NCBI GenBank assembly: GCA_021298655.1
Contig: JAJTFK010000002.1
Coordinates: 3,378-67,377, forward strand
DNA from: Cryomorphaceae bacterium
Lineage (GTDB): Bacteria; Bacteroidota; Bacteroidia; Flavobacteriales; Schleiferiaceae
Direction: 5' to 3'
Length of the DNA stretch: 64,000 nt
Shown here: one piece after another, positions 26,414 through 35,689 of the stretch
How the letters are laid out: each line of letters opens with the position of its first letter
Numbering within the stretch: position 1 is the stretch's first letter
Made by a program: the position numbers and the translations under genes
Notes under the pieces: model-generated
What the model was told of the DNA's origin: nothing
Databases searched by the model: none
Seen by the model: the letters and a program-made list of their open reading frames with translations, nothing else

Positions 26414-27937
26414 TTAGTGTTTGAAGTGACGAATGCCGGTCATTACCATCGCCATGCCCTGCTGGTCGCAGTACTGGACGCTTAAATCGTCCTTTACGCT
26501 TCCACCCGGTTGAATGACGGCCGTGATGCCTTCTTGGTATGCAATTTCAACACAATCTGGGAAAGGAAAAAATGCATCCGATGCCATTACGGCACCTTTT
26601 AGCGACATTCCAAAAGATTTTGCCTTGTGGATGGCCTGCTGTAGCGCGTCCACACGGGATGTTTGGCCCGTTCCGGCGGCAATGAGCTGCTGGTCCTTGA
26701 CCAAAACAATGGTGTTGCTTTTGGTGTGCTTGCTGATGGCCGAGGCATACAGTAAATCGGCAACTTGATCCACCGTGGGCGCAACCTGGGTTACGACACG
26801 CAGGTCTTCCGCGGCATCGGTTCGGTAGTCGCGCTCCTGAATCAAAACCCCATTTAGCACCGAGCGAACGCGGTGCGAAGCGGGAGCCATGTCTTTGGTT
26901 TTGACCAAAATGCGGTTCTTTTTTTGCTGTAGCAATTCAAGTGCTTCGGGCGCAAAACCGGGCGCCAGCAGCACTTCAAAGAAGAGGCTGTTCATCGCCT
27001 CGGCCGTCGCCAAGTCCACCACTTGGTTGCACGCGATCACGCCGCCAAAGGCCGAAACGGGGTCTGCAGCCAGTGCGGCGTTCCAGGCCTCAAGAAGGCT
27101 CTGACGGCTGGCCATTCCGCAGGCGTTGTTGTGCTTGATTACGGCCACGGTCGCACGGTTTCCGTCTGCGCAGTAGTCAAGCGCGGCTTCGACGTCGAGC
27201 AAATTATTGAAGCTGAGCTCTTTGCCTGAGATCTGTTCCAGTTGCGCTGAAAGGTCACCGACAAACCAGGCTTTTTGGTGCGGATTTTCGCCGTAGCGAA
27301 GCGCATGGCGCGGTCCACTCAACGTCGCAAAGGGCTGTTCCTGCCCGAGCGTCCAACTCGCGATGTGCGCATCGTAGTGCTGGCTGGTCTGAAAGGCGGC
27401 ACCGGCAAATGCTTTGCGCTGGTCCATCCGGAGGCTGCCCTGTTGTGTTTGCAGCAGGTCGAGGACCTCAGCGTACTGGTTGCGGGAACTGACAATCCAG
27501 CAGTGCGCAAAATTTTTGGCGGCAGCGCGAATCAACGAAATTCCGCCGATGTCAATCTTTTCAATGATGTCCTCCTCGCTGGCTCCCGAAGCAACCGTGT
27601 CTTCAAAGGGGTAGAGGTCCACGATCACCATGTCAAAGCTGGGGATGCCAAATCGCTCGACCGTGTCTCGGTCGTCCTTGCGGTCACGGCGCCACAGGAT
27701 TCCGCCAAAAACCATGGGGTGCAACGTCTTCACCCGGCCGTCCAGAATACTCGGAAACCCCGTTACGGTCTCTACCGGCGTAACCGGGATGCCCAGCGCC
27801 TCAATAAAGGTCTGCGTCCCGCCCGTGCTGTACAGCTTAACTCCCAGGTCGTGAAGTTGCCGAACCACGGGTTCAAGACCGTCTTTGTGGTACACCGAAA
27901 TGAGGGCGGAGCCAAGTTTTTGCACGTTGCGGATCAA
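26414..27937 (-). CDS. purH: Bifunctional AICAR transformylase / IMP cyclohydrolase
   Basis: 507 aa; the start is TTG 27937 or GTG 27925. Contains SALISVYHKDG, GGILWRRD and the C-terminal VMTGIRHFKH. Confidence 0.95.
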   Translation of the reverse strand: MIRNVQKLGSALISVYHKDGLEPVVRQLHDLGVKLYSTGGTQTFIEALGIPVTPVETVTGFPSILDGRVKTLHPMVFGGILWRRDRKDDRDTVERFGIPSFDMVIVDLYPFEDTVASGASEEDIIEKIDIGGISLIRAAAKNFAHCWIVSSRNQYAEVLDLLQTQQGSLRMDQRKAFAGAAFQTSQHYDAHIASWTLGQEQPFATLSGPRHALRYGENPHQKAWFVGDLSAQLEQISGKELSFNNLLDVEAALDYCADGNRATVAVIKHNNACGMASRQSLLEAWNAALAADPVSAFGGVIACNQVVDLATAEAMNSLFFEVLLAPGFAPEALELLQQKKNRILVKTKDMAPASHRVRSVLNGVLIQERDYRTDAAEDLRVVTQVAPTVDQVADLLYASAISKHTKSNTIVLVKDQQLIAAGTGQTSRVDALQQAIHKAKSFGMSLKGAVMASDAFFPFPDCVEIAYQEGITAVIQPGGSVKDDLSVQYCDQQGMAMVMTGIRHFKH

Positions 27938-27953
27938 TTAGAAATGAAGGCTG

Positions 27954-27961
27954 CAAAAGTA
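27954..27961 (-). promoter_or_regulatory. -7 box TACTTTTG for the purH-mre-mrd operon
   Basis: TAnnTTTG on the minus strand, 16 nt from TTG 27937. Confidence 0.45.
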
Positions 27962-27998
27962 CGCAGAAGCTGGCATGAACTTTGACTAAATTGCGGTC

Positions 27999-29249
27999 GT
28001 GCGCGACCTATTTTTTTTGGTTTGGGAATCCGGCCGACTGGCCTGGAATGCCATGACGGCAAACCTTTTGCGTACGGTGCTCTCCCTGCTCGGTATTGCC
28101 GTCGGAATTTTCTCCATCATTTCGGTTTACGCCGTAGTAGATAGCCTGGAGCGAAGCATTCGCCAAAGCGTTCAGGGACTTGGGGCCGACGTAGTCTACG
28201 TTCAAAAGTGGCCGTGGGGCGGCGGCGGCGGCGAATACCCGTGGTGGAAGTACTTCCAGCGTCCCGAAGTTGGGTACGCAGACTACCAACGCCTGAGCGA
28301 ATTTGGGGTGCGGGGAGCCGATGCCATGGTGCTCATTAACGGAACGTCGGCCACGGTTTCTCGCGGTAACTCCTCGGTAGAGCAAACCGAAGTTCGGGGA
28401 ATTACCTACGATTACGCGCAACTGAACCAACTCAAATTTCAGGCAGGGCGGTACTTTACCGACCGCGAACTGCGGAGCGGCTTGCCCTACTGCCTCGTCG
28501 GCGCAGATGTCGCCGAAGGACTTGCGGCGGCGGGTCCCTTGATCGGCAGTTCCGTTCGCATCTTGGGTACGGAGTTTCAGGTTATCGGCGTTTTGGCCCA
28601 GGAAGGGAGCTCCCTGGTGGGCGAGAGCCACGACGCCCGCGTGGTCGTGCCGGCGAAGTGGATTGTGGGCCACGTGGGCGATGAGCTCAACGGTTCCGCG
28701 ATTCAGGTCCGCGCGCAGCCCGGCGTCAATGTGGCCCAACTCAAAGAGCAGTTGCGCTCGGTACTGCGCAAGATTCGCCGGCAAGCCCCGTCGTCGGATG
28801 ATTCGTTTGCCCTCAACGAGTCGTCCACCCTGAGTTCGGGCCTGGATCAAATGTTTGGCGTGATCGGGTTGGCCGGAACCGTAATCGGCGGATTTAGCAT
28901 ACTCGTAGGTGGCTTTGGCATCGCCAACATCATGTTCGTGAGCGTTCGGGAGCGTACCGGTCAAATTGGCGTACAAAAAGCTCTGGGTGCGACCCGGGGC
29001 TTTATTCTGGCGCAGTTCCTGCTGGAAAGCGTCCTGCTTAGCCTGGTCGGAGGCCTTATTGGACTGGCCTTGGCCGGAATACTCATTGCGGTAGGCGCCG
29101 CCGTTTCGGACTTTGAACTGGCGGTATCGCTGGAAAACGTGCTCACGGGAATCGGACTTTCGGCCTTTATCGGCCTCGTGGCGGGCTACGCTCCCGCCGA
29201 AATGGCTGCGCGCCTCGATCCCGTTGAGGCGATTCGCTTCAATCAGTAG
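27999..29249 (+). CDS. ABC transporter permease, FtsX/MacB-like
   Basis: 416 aa with a GTG start. It has an N-terminal TM, a large periplasmic domain, and the C-terminal FtsX motif VSVRERTGQIGVQKALGATRGFILAQFLLES. Confidence 0.85.
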   Translation: MRDLFFLVWESGRLAWNAMTANLLRTVLSLLGIAVGIFSIISVYAVVDSLERSIRQSVQGLGADVVYVQKWPWGGGGGEYPWWKYFQRPEVGYADYQRLSEFGVRGADAMVLINGTSATVSRGNSSVEQTEVRGITYDYAQLNQLKFQAGRYFTDRELRSGLPYCLVGADVAEGLAAAGPLIGSSVRILGTEFQVIGVLAQEGSSLVGESHDARVVVPAKWIVGHVGDELNGSAIQVRAQPGVNVAQLKEQLRSVLRKIRRQAPSSDDSFALNESSTLSSGLDQMFGVIGLAGTVIGGFSILVGGFGIANIMFVSVRERTGQIGVQKALGATRGFILAQFLLESVLLSLVGGLIGLALAGILIAVGAAVSDFELAVSLENVLTGIGLSAFIGLVAGYAPAEMAARLDPVEAIRFNQ

Positions 29250-29252
29250 CTG

Positions 29253-29729
29253 TCATCCAATAGCCTGCGCCTCGGGCATTGAACCGATTTCTGCCGCTAG
29301 GCCCTGGAGCAGGGCTTCGTCTTCGGCGCAAAATGGATTCAAGTAGTGGCTATCAATGTCGATTTGCCCAATCAACCGCGTTCCGCAGTAAATGGGCACC
29401 ACCAATTCTGCTTTGGTTTCCAGGGAACAGGCGAGGTAGTTATCCTGAGCCCAAACATCCGGAACTTCAAAGGTTTCGCCGCTCAAGGCCACCTGGCCGC
29501 AAATACCGCGTCCGTAGGGAATTCGGGTGTGCTCGGTTGCCGCCCCCGAAAACGGCCCCAGGTAAAGCGCCTGCTCCGCATCGTTCATCCAGTAAATGCC
29601 CACCCATTGGTAGTGCGAAACCTCGGTGCATAAATACCGGCAGAGCTCGGCAAGGCCGTCCCAACCCTGTTCGGCCAAAATCCGATCGGCGTGCTTTTTT
29701 CGCTCGGACCACAGATCTTCGTGGCTCAT
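29253..29729 (-). CDS. GAF-domain protein (free methionine-R-sulfoxide reductase-like fold)
   Basis: 158 aa. Contains WVGIYW, LGPFSGAATEHTRIPYGRGICGQVA, ACSLETKAELVVPI. Confidence 0.75.
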   Translation of the reverse strand: MSHEDLWSERKKHADRILAEQGWDGLAELCRYLCTEVSHYQWVGIYWMNDAEQALYLGPFSGAATEHTRIPYGRGICGQVALSGETFEVPDVWAQDNYLACSLETKAELVVPIYCGTRLIGQIDIDSHYLNPFCAEDEALLQGLAAEIGSMPEAQAIG

Positions 29730-30082
29730 AATGAAAGGATTAGGTCAAATAACGGAGGGCCTAAAACGAGAATTCCCACGGCAATCGAGGCCAATGCCGC
29801 AACCAACACGGCGGCGGCGGCAAAATCTTTGGCGTCGCGGATTATCGGGTCCCAGTCCAGGGTAACCCGGTCCGCAAGACGCTCAATGGCGGAATTGGCG
29901 TACTCCAGTCCCAAAACCAACCCAAAACACAAAATGAGCAGGGCAAACTCCGCGCGGGGAATTTTTAGGAACCAACCTGCGCTACCTACGGCGAGCATGG
30001 CCAGGGTATGCACCTTTAGGTGGCGCTCCTGAAGCCAAGCCTTGGCGAGTCCGCGAAACGCAACGTGAAAAGCGTGGAACAT
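29726..30082 (-). CDS. dgkA: Prokaryotic diacylglycerol/undecaprenol kinase family protein
   Basis: 118 aa with three TM helices. Contains LEYANSAIERLADRV and RDAKDFAAAAVL. ATGA overlap with the GAF gene. Confidence 0.85.
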   Translation of the reverse strand: MFHAFHVAFRGLAKAWLQERHLKVHTLAMLAVGSAGWFLKIPRAEFALLILCFGLVLGLEYANSAIERLADRVTLDWDPIIRDAKDFAAAAVLVAALASIAVGILVLGPPLFDLILSL

Positions 30083-30086
30083 GCCG

Positions 30087-30094
30087 CTAAAGTA
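30087..30094 (-). promoter_or_regulatory. Near-consensus -7 box TACTTTAG, 4 nt from the dgkA ATG
   Basis: The minus strand reads TACTTTAG-CGGC-ATG. Confidence 0.4.
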
Positions 30095-30185
30095 GCTTTT
30101 GAACGCGTTCGTTCAATGGGACGCGTCGGGCAAGGTTCCGCGCCGCGCATTCCCCGGAATCCATTATTTCGGACTCAAGGCATCG

Positions 30186-30193
30186 TACTTTTG
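30186..30193 (+). promoter_or_regulatory. -7 box TACTTTTG for the T9SS cargo operon
   Basis: TAnnTTTG, 22 nt before the ATG at 30216. Confidence 0.5.
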
Positions 30194-30215
30194 TTAGCAT
30201 AACGTTACGCGTACT

Positions 30216-32276
30216 ATGATGAAGTTCCCTGCACTTTTTGGCTGGCTAGCGGCAGCCCTTCTATTGGGTTTCTCGGCACAAGGTCAAAGCCTTGCCCTTG
30301 TTCAAACAGCGAATCTTTCCAAGTGCACGGGGGATTCCCTGCGGCTCGAACTTCAGGTTAGCGGAAACGCCATGTCCGGCACGAATTCCTTTAAGGTGCA
30401 GTTTGCGCCGGGAACACCGGCTTCCTTCACGCTCGGAGCGTCCGTGACCTTGCCGATCGTAAAATGGCAGTCCATTCTGCCGCTTCCGGTGGGCACCGAC
30501 ACCAATTCGGTTGGAACCAAGTACGCCTGGGTAGTCATTCCGGAGACGATTCTCACCAGCGGATTTTACAGCATCGCGGTTCGCGGAACCGCGCCGTCGC
30601 TTTGGTCGGATACCATTCAGGTCTTGGTCAACGTAAGCCCGACGGCCACGGTCACGTCCATCGCAGGTGGCTTCAACAACCTCCACACCGGCGCCAAAGA
30701 TTGGGGATTTTGCACCGGCGACACGGTGAAGCTCTTCGCGAACTCGGGACAAAACGGATACCAGTGGTTCAAGGACGGCGTGCCCCTGCCCGGCAGTACG
30801 CAATCTTCGCTCGATGTGTTTAACTCCGGAACCTATTCCGTTCAGGTGAGCAACGGCATTTGCACCAAAATGTCGAAGGATACCATCGTAAACATGTACA
30901 CGCCCACGACCCCGGTTATTCACAAGCCCGGTTCGATGTCGACGATCAAGGTCCTGGACGTGGATGCGACCATTGACTCGGTTGGCTTCTGCGAAACCGA
31001 AACAATCCAGCTCGAAGGTCCCGGAACCACCACCCCCGGCACGTCCGTAGCCTACCAATGGCTTCGCGATTCGCTTGGTTTGTTCGGTCAGAACTACGTC
31101 GTACCCGTGGCGGGCGGCACCCAAAAAGCGGTTTCTCTCAATAAGACGGGAGTTTACTACCTGCAGTCTACTTGGTTGCCCGGCGGATGTCCCGACACCA
31201 GCGCCGCTTTTTGGTTGTTTGTGGACACGGTGCCCGACACCGAAATTCAAGCCGTTGCTTGGCCCGGGCAGCCTCAAGCCAACTTGACCATTTGTGCCGA
31301 CGATTCGACCCAGTTGGCGTCCATCGCGTCGTCCAGCGATTGGGATTACCAGTGGGAAGTTCGCTTCCCAGCGGGCACGGGCAACTGGGCGACCATTCCC
31401 GGAGCCACTAAAAATAACTTGACGGTGTCCACAGCCCTGGTTGCCGACGATGCCGAGTACCGATTGAGAATAACGAATGACTACTGCAGCCACACGACGA
31501 GCGAACTGCTTGTTACCGTGGTGGCCCTGCCCAATGTTTCGGTGGCACCCGCGGATTCCTTGGCGCTGTGTGCGGGCGACTCCGTCTTGGTTGGCGTGAC
31601 CGGCAGCAGCACGTCCTACCTCTGGACCTTCCCGGGCGGCAGCTTCAGTGGCGCATCTTTTTACGCAAAAACCCCGGGAACCTATGTGGTGGCGGGCACC
31701 AACGCCAACGGCTGTACGGCCTACGACACCCTCAAGGTCTACTTCTTTACCGTGAACGCCAACGCGGGACCCGATCAGACCGTTCTCCCGGGTTCAACGG
31801 TTCAGCTCGCGGCCCAGGGCGGAGCGCTCTACTACTGGTATGCCGATGTGCCGACCTACTTCAGCGACCCCTACAACCCAAATGCACAGACCGTTCCAAC
31901 CCAAGATACAACCATGTATGTGGTGGAAGTGCTGAACAGCTACGGGTGCTTTGATACGGACACCATGATGGTGTACCTGTTTGATCCCGCCTCCTTGGTG
32001 CCCGATTTGTCTGGAGTAATGAACGTTATCACCCCCAACGGCGACGGATACAACGATTTCTTTGATGTTTCGGAAGTAGTGCGCGCGGATTCCTGCGACC
32101 TCATGATTTTTGACCGCTGGGGCGCTAAGGTTTTCGAACAGAAGAAGTACGTTACGGGATGGGACGGCCGAAGCAACGGCGGTGATCCGCTGCCCGACGG
32201 AACCTATTACTACATCCTAACCTGCAGCGACGTGGTCCGCTTCCGCGGCGCCGTAACCGTAGTTCGCCTGAATTGA
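30216..32276 (+). CDS. T9SS type-B CTD cargo with about five Ig-like Cys-bracketed repeats
   Basis: 686 aa with a signal peptide. It has repeats of the type FCTGDTVKLFA...YQWFKDG...GTYSVQVSNGIC. The C-terminus is PDLSGVMNVITPNGDGYNDFF...FDRWGAKVF...GWDGR...GTYYYIL. Confidence 0.85.
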   Translation: MMKFPALFGWLAAALLLGFSAQGQSLALVQTANLSKCTGDSLRLELQVSGNAMSGTNSFKVQFAPGTPASFTLGASVTLPIVKWQSILPLPVGTDTNSVGTKYAWVVIPETILTSGFYSIAVRGTAPSLWSDTIQVLVNVSPTATVTSIAGGFNNLHTGAKDWGFCTGDTVKLFANSGQNGYQWFKDGVPLPGSTQSSLDVFNSGTYSVQVSNGICTKMSKDTIVNMYTPTTPVIHKPGSMSTIKVLDVDATIDSVGFCETETIQLEGPGTTTPGTSVAYQWLRDSLGLFGQNYVVPVAGGTQKAVSLNKTGVYYLQSTWLPGGCPDTSAAFWLFVDTVPDTEIQAVAWPGQPQANLTICADDSTQLASIASSSDWDYQWEVRFPAGTGNWATIPGATKNNLTVSTALVADDAEYRLRITNDYCSHTTSELLVTVVALPNVSVAPADSLALCAGDSVLVGVTGSSTSYLWTFPGGSFSGASFYAKTPGTYVVAGTNANGCTAYDTLKVYFFTVNANAGPDQTVLPGSTVQLAAQGGALYYWYADVPTYFSDPYNPNAQTVPTQDTTMYVVEVLNSYGCFDTDTMMVYLFDPASLVPDLSGVMNVITPNGDGYNDFFDVSEVVRADSCDLMIFDRWGAKVFEQKKYVTGWDGRSNGGDPLPDGTYYYILTCSDVVRFRGAVTVVRLN

Positions 32277-32281
32277 TTTTT

Positions 32282-33766
32282 ATGAAGATTATGAAGTCAT
32301 CCACCCTTCTTGCCGGCCTCCTAGGCCTCGTTTTTACCGCGCAAGCCCAGCAAATCCCGCTCTATAGCCACCTGTATTTTGCCCAGGCCATGGTCAACCC
32401 TGCGCGCAGCGGGGCCAAGGGATTCAGCGAACTGGTCACGATCCATCGCCAGCAGTGGCAGGGAATGGAGGGTGCGCCCGAAACCTCCGCGATGCTGTTT
32501 AATGGCGCGACCAATAAGGAGCGCATCGGGTATTCGGTTTACGCATTTACCGACGCCACCGACATTGTTCGCCGTTCCGGTGTGTACGGACATTATGCCT
32601 ACCATGCCCAGCTTGCCGAAAACTCGGTTCTGAGCTTTGGCATTGGGGCGGGCTACGTCAACAACACCTTTGACATGGCCAGCATCCGGGTGAAGAACGA
32701 AGGCGATCCGTTTCTTTTTCCGGCCAACACCAACGGAACCCTGGACATCAACCTCGGACTTAACCTCAAGGTCGAGAATTTTCAACTCGGAGTCGCTGCG
32801 CCCCAGGTTTTGGCGCCCGCGATCACGTACTCCAATAACTACACCGGACCGGTGGCATTCCACTTGATTCGCCACTACGTGGTGCAGACCCAGTACGACC
32901 TGCCGATTCAGAAGGACCGAATGACCTTGTCTCCATTGGTTGTGGTCCGCGCAGCAAACCACGTAACGCCCCAGGTGGATGCGGGAATGATGTTCAACGT
33001 GACGGAGTACGGCTATGTCGGCGCCCTGTACCGTTCCAACTTTGGAGCCTCGGCGCAATTGGGTGTTCACCTGACGCCGCTGCTCACCCTTGGGTACGCC
33101 CACGACTTTAGCACCAACGATTACGCTACCTCGCTGGGAATGTCCAACGAGTTTATTTTGACCTACCGCTTTGGTGACGACAAGCGCAACGACCGCATCG
33201 AGGCCGAAATCAAGCGATTGAAGGACAAGCAGCGCCAAGCAGATCAAAACGGCGAGAAGCTGCTCAACGAGAAGTTTGAAGAGTTCAAGGAGGAGCTGGA
33301 AGCCGCCAACAAGAAGCAACTCGCAGCCCAGAGTGAAGAGCTCGCGAAGGCAACCGCGCTCAAGCTTCAGGAAGCCGGTGTTCAGGGTGGGGGAGTGCGC
33401 TCCGCCGGTTCTACCGCAACCGGTCGACCTTCCGGCAACGCTTCCGATAATTCAGCCCCGTCTCAAGCCGGCGGCATGGGTGCAATCAAGGGCTACACCA
33501 AAGAGGCCTACGCATCCAATGTAGCTCCAGGAAGTACTGGATTCTACGTCACGGCGGGCGTGTACGGCGAACAAGAGAACGCCGACAAAATGGTTCAAAA
33601 GCTCAAGGCTCAAGGAATTCAGTCGCGCACCTTCCGCGATCCCAAGAACAACATGGTGTACGTGTACCTGCTTAAGTTCGGAACCTACGACGAAGCCTCG
33701 GCGGCACGCGAAAGCAACTTGAACGGTCAGTACCCGGGCAAGCTTTGGGTTAAGGTTATTCAGTGA
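32282..33766 (+). CDS. PorP/SprF-family T9SS outer-membrane protein with a C-terminal coiled-coil and SPOR-like extension
   Basis: I prefer ATG 32282; the track start 32273 is TTG. The N-terminus AQQIPLYSHLYFAQAMVNPARSG...IHRQQWQGMEGAPET is typical of PorP/SprF. The barrel ends near ...FILTYRFGD. A K/E-rich heptad region, a G/S/A linker and GFYVTAGVYGEQENADKMVQKLKAQG...YVYLLKFGTYDEASAARE follow. Confidence 0.8.
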   Translation: MKIMKSSTLLAGLLGLVFTAQAQQIPLYSHLYFAQAMVNPARSGAKGFSELVTIHRQQWQGMEGAPETSAMLFNGATNKERIGYSVYAFTDATDIVRRSGVYGHYAYHAQLAENSVLSFGIGAGYVNNTFDMASIRVKNEGDPFLFPANTNGTLDINLGLNLKVENFQLGVAAPQVLAPAITYSNNYTGPVAFHLIRHYVVQTQYDLPIQKDRMTLSPLVVVRAANHVTPQVDAGMMFNVTEYGYVGALYRSNFGASAQLGVHLTPLLTLGYAHDFSTNDYATSLGMSNEFILTYRFGDDKRNDRIEAEIKRLKDKQRQADQNGEKLLNEKFEEFKEELEAANKKQLAAQSEELAKATALKLQEAGVQGGGVRSAGSTATGRPSGNASDNSAPSQAGGMGAIKGYTKEAYASNVAPGSTGFYVTAGVYGEQENADKMVQKLKAQGIQSRTFRDPKNNMVYVYLLKFGTYDEASAARESNLNGQYPGKLWVKVIQ

Positions 33767-35664
33767 TGCGCAGGATAATCGCCGTATTGGCCCTACTTGC
33801 CGGCTTTGCGTCGAGCGCGGCGCACTTGGTCGGTGGAGAAATCACCTACACCTGCTTGGGTGCCAATCAGTACCAAGTTAAGCTGCGCATTTACCGCGAT
33901 TGCTTTTCCGGAGGCGCGGCATTCGACAATTCGGTGAACTTTTCGGTGTACAATTTGGCCGGCACGCTGGTGACGAATCCGTCGGTTCCCAAGGGCCCGA
34001 CCATTTCGGTTCCCGCCGGAACCGGTAATCCCTGCCTGACGACGCCGCCCAATATCTGCACGGAGTACGCCGAGTACATTGCGACCTTAACCCTGCCTCC
34101 GGTGGTGGGTGGCTACACCATTTCGTACCAGCGCTGCTGCCGAAATTCAACCATCAGCAACATCACCAATCCGGGTTCGCGCGGCAACACCTACACGGTA
34201 CAGATTCCGTCCATGGACAACAGCTGCAACAGCACCCCCGCCTTCACGACGGTCCCGCCCATCGTTCTCTGCCTTGGGGACCAGCTCAACATCGACGCGT
34301 CGGCCACCGACAGCAACGGCGACTCGCTGTACTACGAATTTTGCGACATTTTTACGGGCGGAAGCAGCGGCAATCCCAGTCCGTCGACTGCTACGCCTCC
34401 GCCATATACCACGATTCAATTTGTGGCGCCGGCAACATCGAGCCAACCCATTCCGGGAACTCCGGCCCTAAGCATCAATTCACAAACGGGTATTATTACC
34501 GGCGTTGCGACGACGGCCGGTCAGTACGTCGTAGGTATCTGCGTGCGTGAATTCCGAAACGGCGTGCTCCAATCCGTCGTCCGTCGCGACTACCAGTTCA
34601 ACGTAACGAACTGCATCATCAACACGGTCGCCGACATGGTTACCCAGGTTGAAGATCCCTCGCTGTTTTGCGATGGTCGAACGCTTACGTTTACGCCCCA
34701 GACCACGGGTGCGCTAACCTACTTCTGGAATTTTGGCGATACAACGACCACCGCCGACACGAGTTCCCAAGCCTACCCGACCTATACGTTTCCCGATACC
34801 GGAACCTATACGGTTACGCTGATTATCAATCCGGGCCTCGTGTGTACCGACACCTTGACCGTGCCGTTCCGGGTGTTAAATGCGCCCGATTACCGCATCG
34901 AACACCTCGGCGTTCCCTGTGTGGAGGTGCAGAATTTCCGCTTTGAAGCCGTTGGTTCCGCTCCCCACGACGCGGCCATTTCCTGGGACTTTGGCCCCGA
35001 CGCCAACACCTTTGGTGCCACAGGTAAGGTGATTTCTGGGGTGAGCTGGAACAGCTCGGGAACCTACCCGGTGCGCTGCGTCATTCAGTCAGCCTATTGC
35101 CCCGATACGCTTTGGGATACGGTTCAGGTCTTTGACTGGTACTACCCGGTTACGGCGACCCCTCAAGATACCCAAATTGCCCGTGGAGATACGGTTTTGC
35201 TCGACGTTACGTCGGGTGCAGCCTACTACTGGTTTGCCGATCAGCCCGTGTACTTCAATAACGCGCAGCAGCGTAATCCGCAGGCCCTGATGCACGCAGA
35301 CAGTACCACCTACTACGTAATCGTTACCGACAACCGCGGTTGCCGCGGCATCGACACCGTTTTTGTGAGTTGGTTGCCCGATCAGGTTGCCCCCGATCTA
35401 AGCAACGTGATGAACGTGATTACGCCCAACGGCGACGGCAAAAACGACGTTTTGGACCTTACTGAGGTGACCTTTGGCGACGCATGCACGCTTCGCGTGA
35501 TGAACCGCTGGGGCACGACCTGGGTCTACGAAAAGGAAGCCTACGCCAACGATTGGGGCGGTACCGATCCCGACGGAAACCTGCTTCCGAGCGGAACCTA
35601 CTACTTTTTCGTGGTTTGTCAGGGAAGCCTACGGTATTCAGGACCCGTAACCCTAGTGTACTAA
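33766..35664 (+). CDS. T9SS type-B CTD cargo with a Cys-rich N-terminal module (paralogue of 8099-10294)
   Basis: ATG 33766 overlaps the upstream TGA. It has the signal peptide MRRIIAVLALLAGFASSAA and the N-module HLVGGEITYTCLGANQYQVKLRIYRDC...SYQRCCRN. The C-terminus is PDLSNVMNVITPNGDGKNDVL...MNRWG. Confidence 0.85.
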   Translation: MRRIIAVLALLAGFASSAAHLVGGEITYTCLGANQYQVKLRIYRDCFSGGAAFDNSVNFSVYNLAGTLVTNPSVPKGPTISVPAGTGNPCLTTPPNICTEYAEYIATLTLPPVVGGYTISYQRCCRNSTISNITNPGSRGNTYTVQIPSMDNSCNSTPAFTTVPPIVLCLGDQLNIDASATDSNGDSLYYEFCDIFTGGSSGNPSPSTATPPPYTTIQFVAPATSSQPIPGTPALSINSQTGIITGVATTAGQYVVGICVREFRNGVLQSVVRRDYQFNVTNCIINTVADMVTQVEDPSLFCDGRTLTFTPQTTGALTYFWNFGDTTTTADTSSQAYPTYTFPDTGTYTVTLIINPGLVCTDTLTVPFRVLNAPDYRIEHLGVPCVEVQNFRFEAVGSAPHDAAISWDFGPDANTFGATGKVISGVSWNSSGTYPVRCVIQSAYCPDTLWDTVQVFDWYYPVTATPQDTQIARGDTVLLDVTSGAAYYWFADQPVYFNNAQQRNPQALMHADSTTYYVIVTDNRGCRGIDTVFVSWLPDQVAPDLSNVMNVITPNGDGKNDVLDLTEVTFGDACTLRVMNRWGTTWVYEKEAYANDWGGTDPDGNLLPSGTYYFFVVCQGSLRYSGPVTLVY

Positions 35665-35689
35665 AGGTTCACGATCCCGTGCAGTCATT

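Noticed and set aside
28008-28976. 322-aa ORF antisense to the ABC permease; likewise 35484-36725 antisense to dnaJ and 11124-12026 antisense to HMG-CoA reductase
   Set aside because: All are mirror-frame ORFs inside genes with unambiguous motifs, and none has features of its own.
30261-33319. 410-aa and 332-aa minus-strand ORFs (30261-31493, 32321-33319) antisense to the T9SS cargo and PorP/SprF genes
   Set aside because: Low-complexity, Arg/Gly-rich translations with no signal peptide or motif. The plus-strand genes have clear family signatures.
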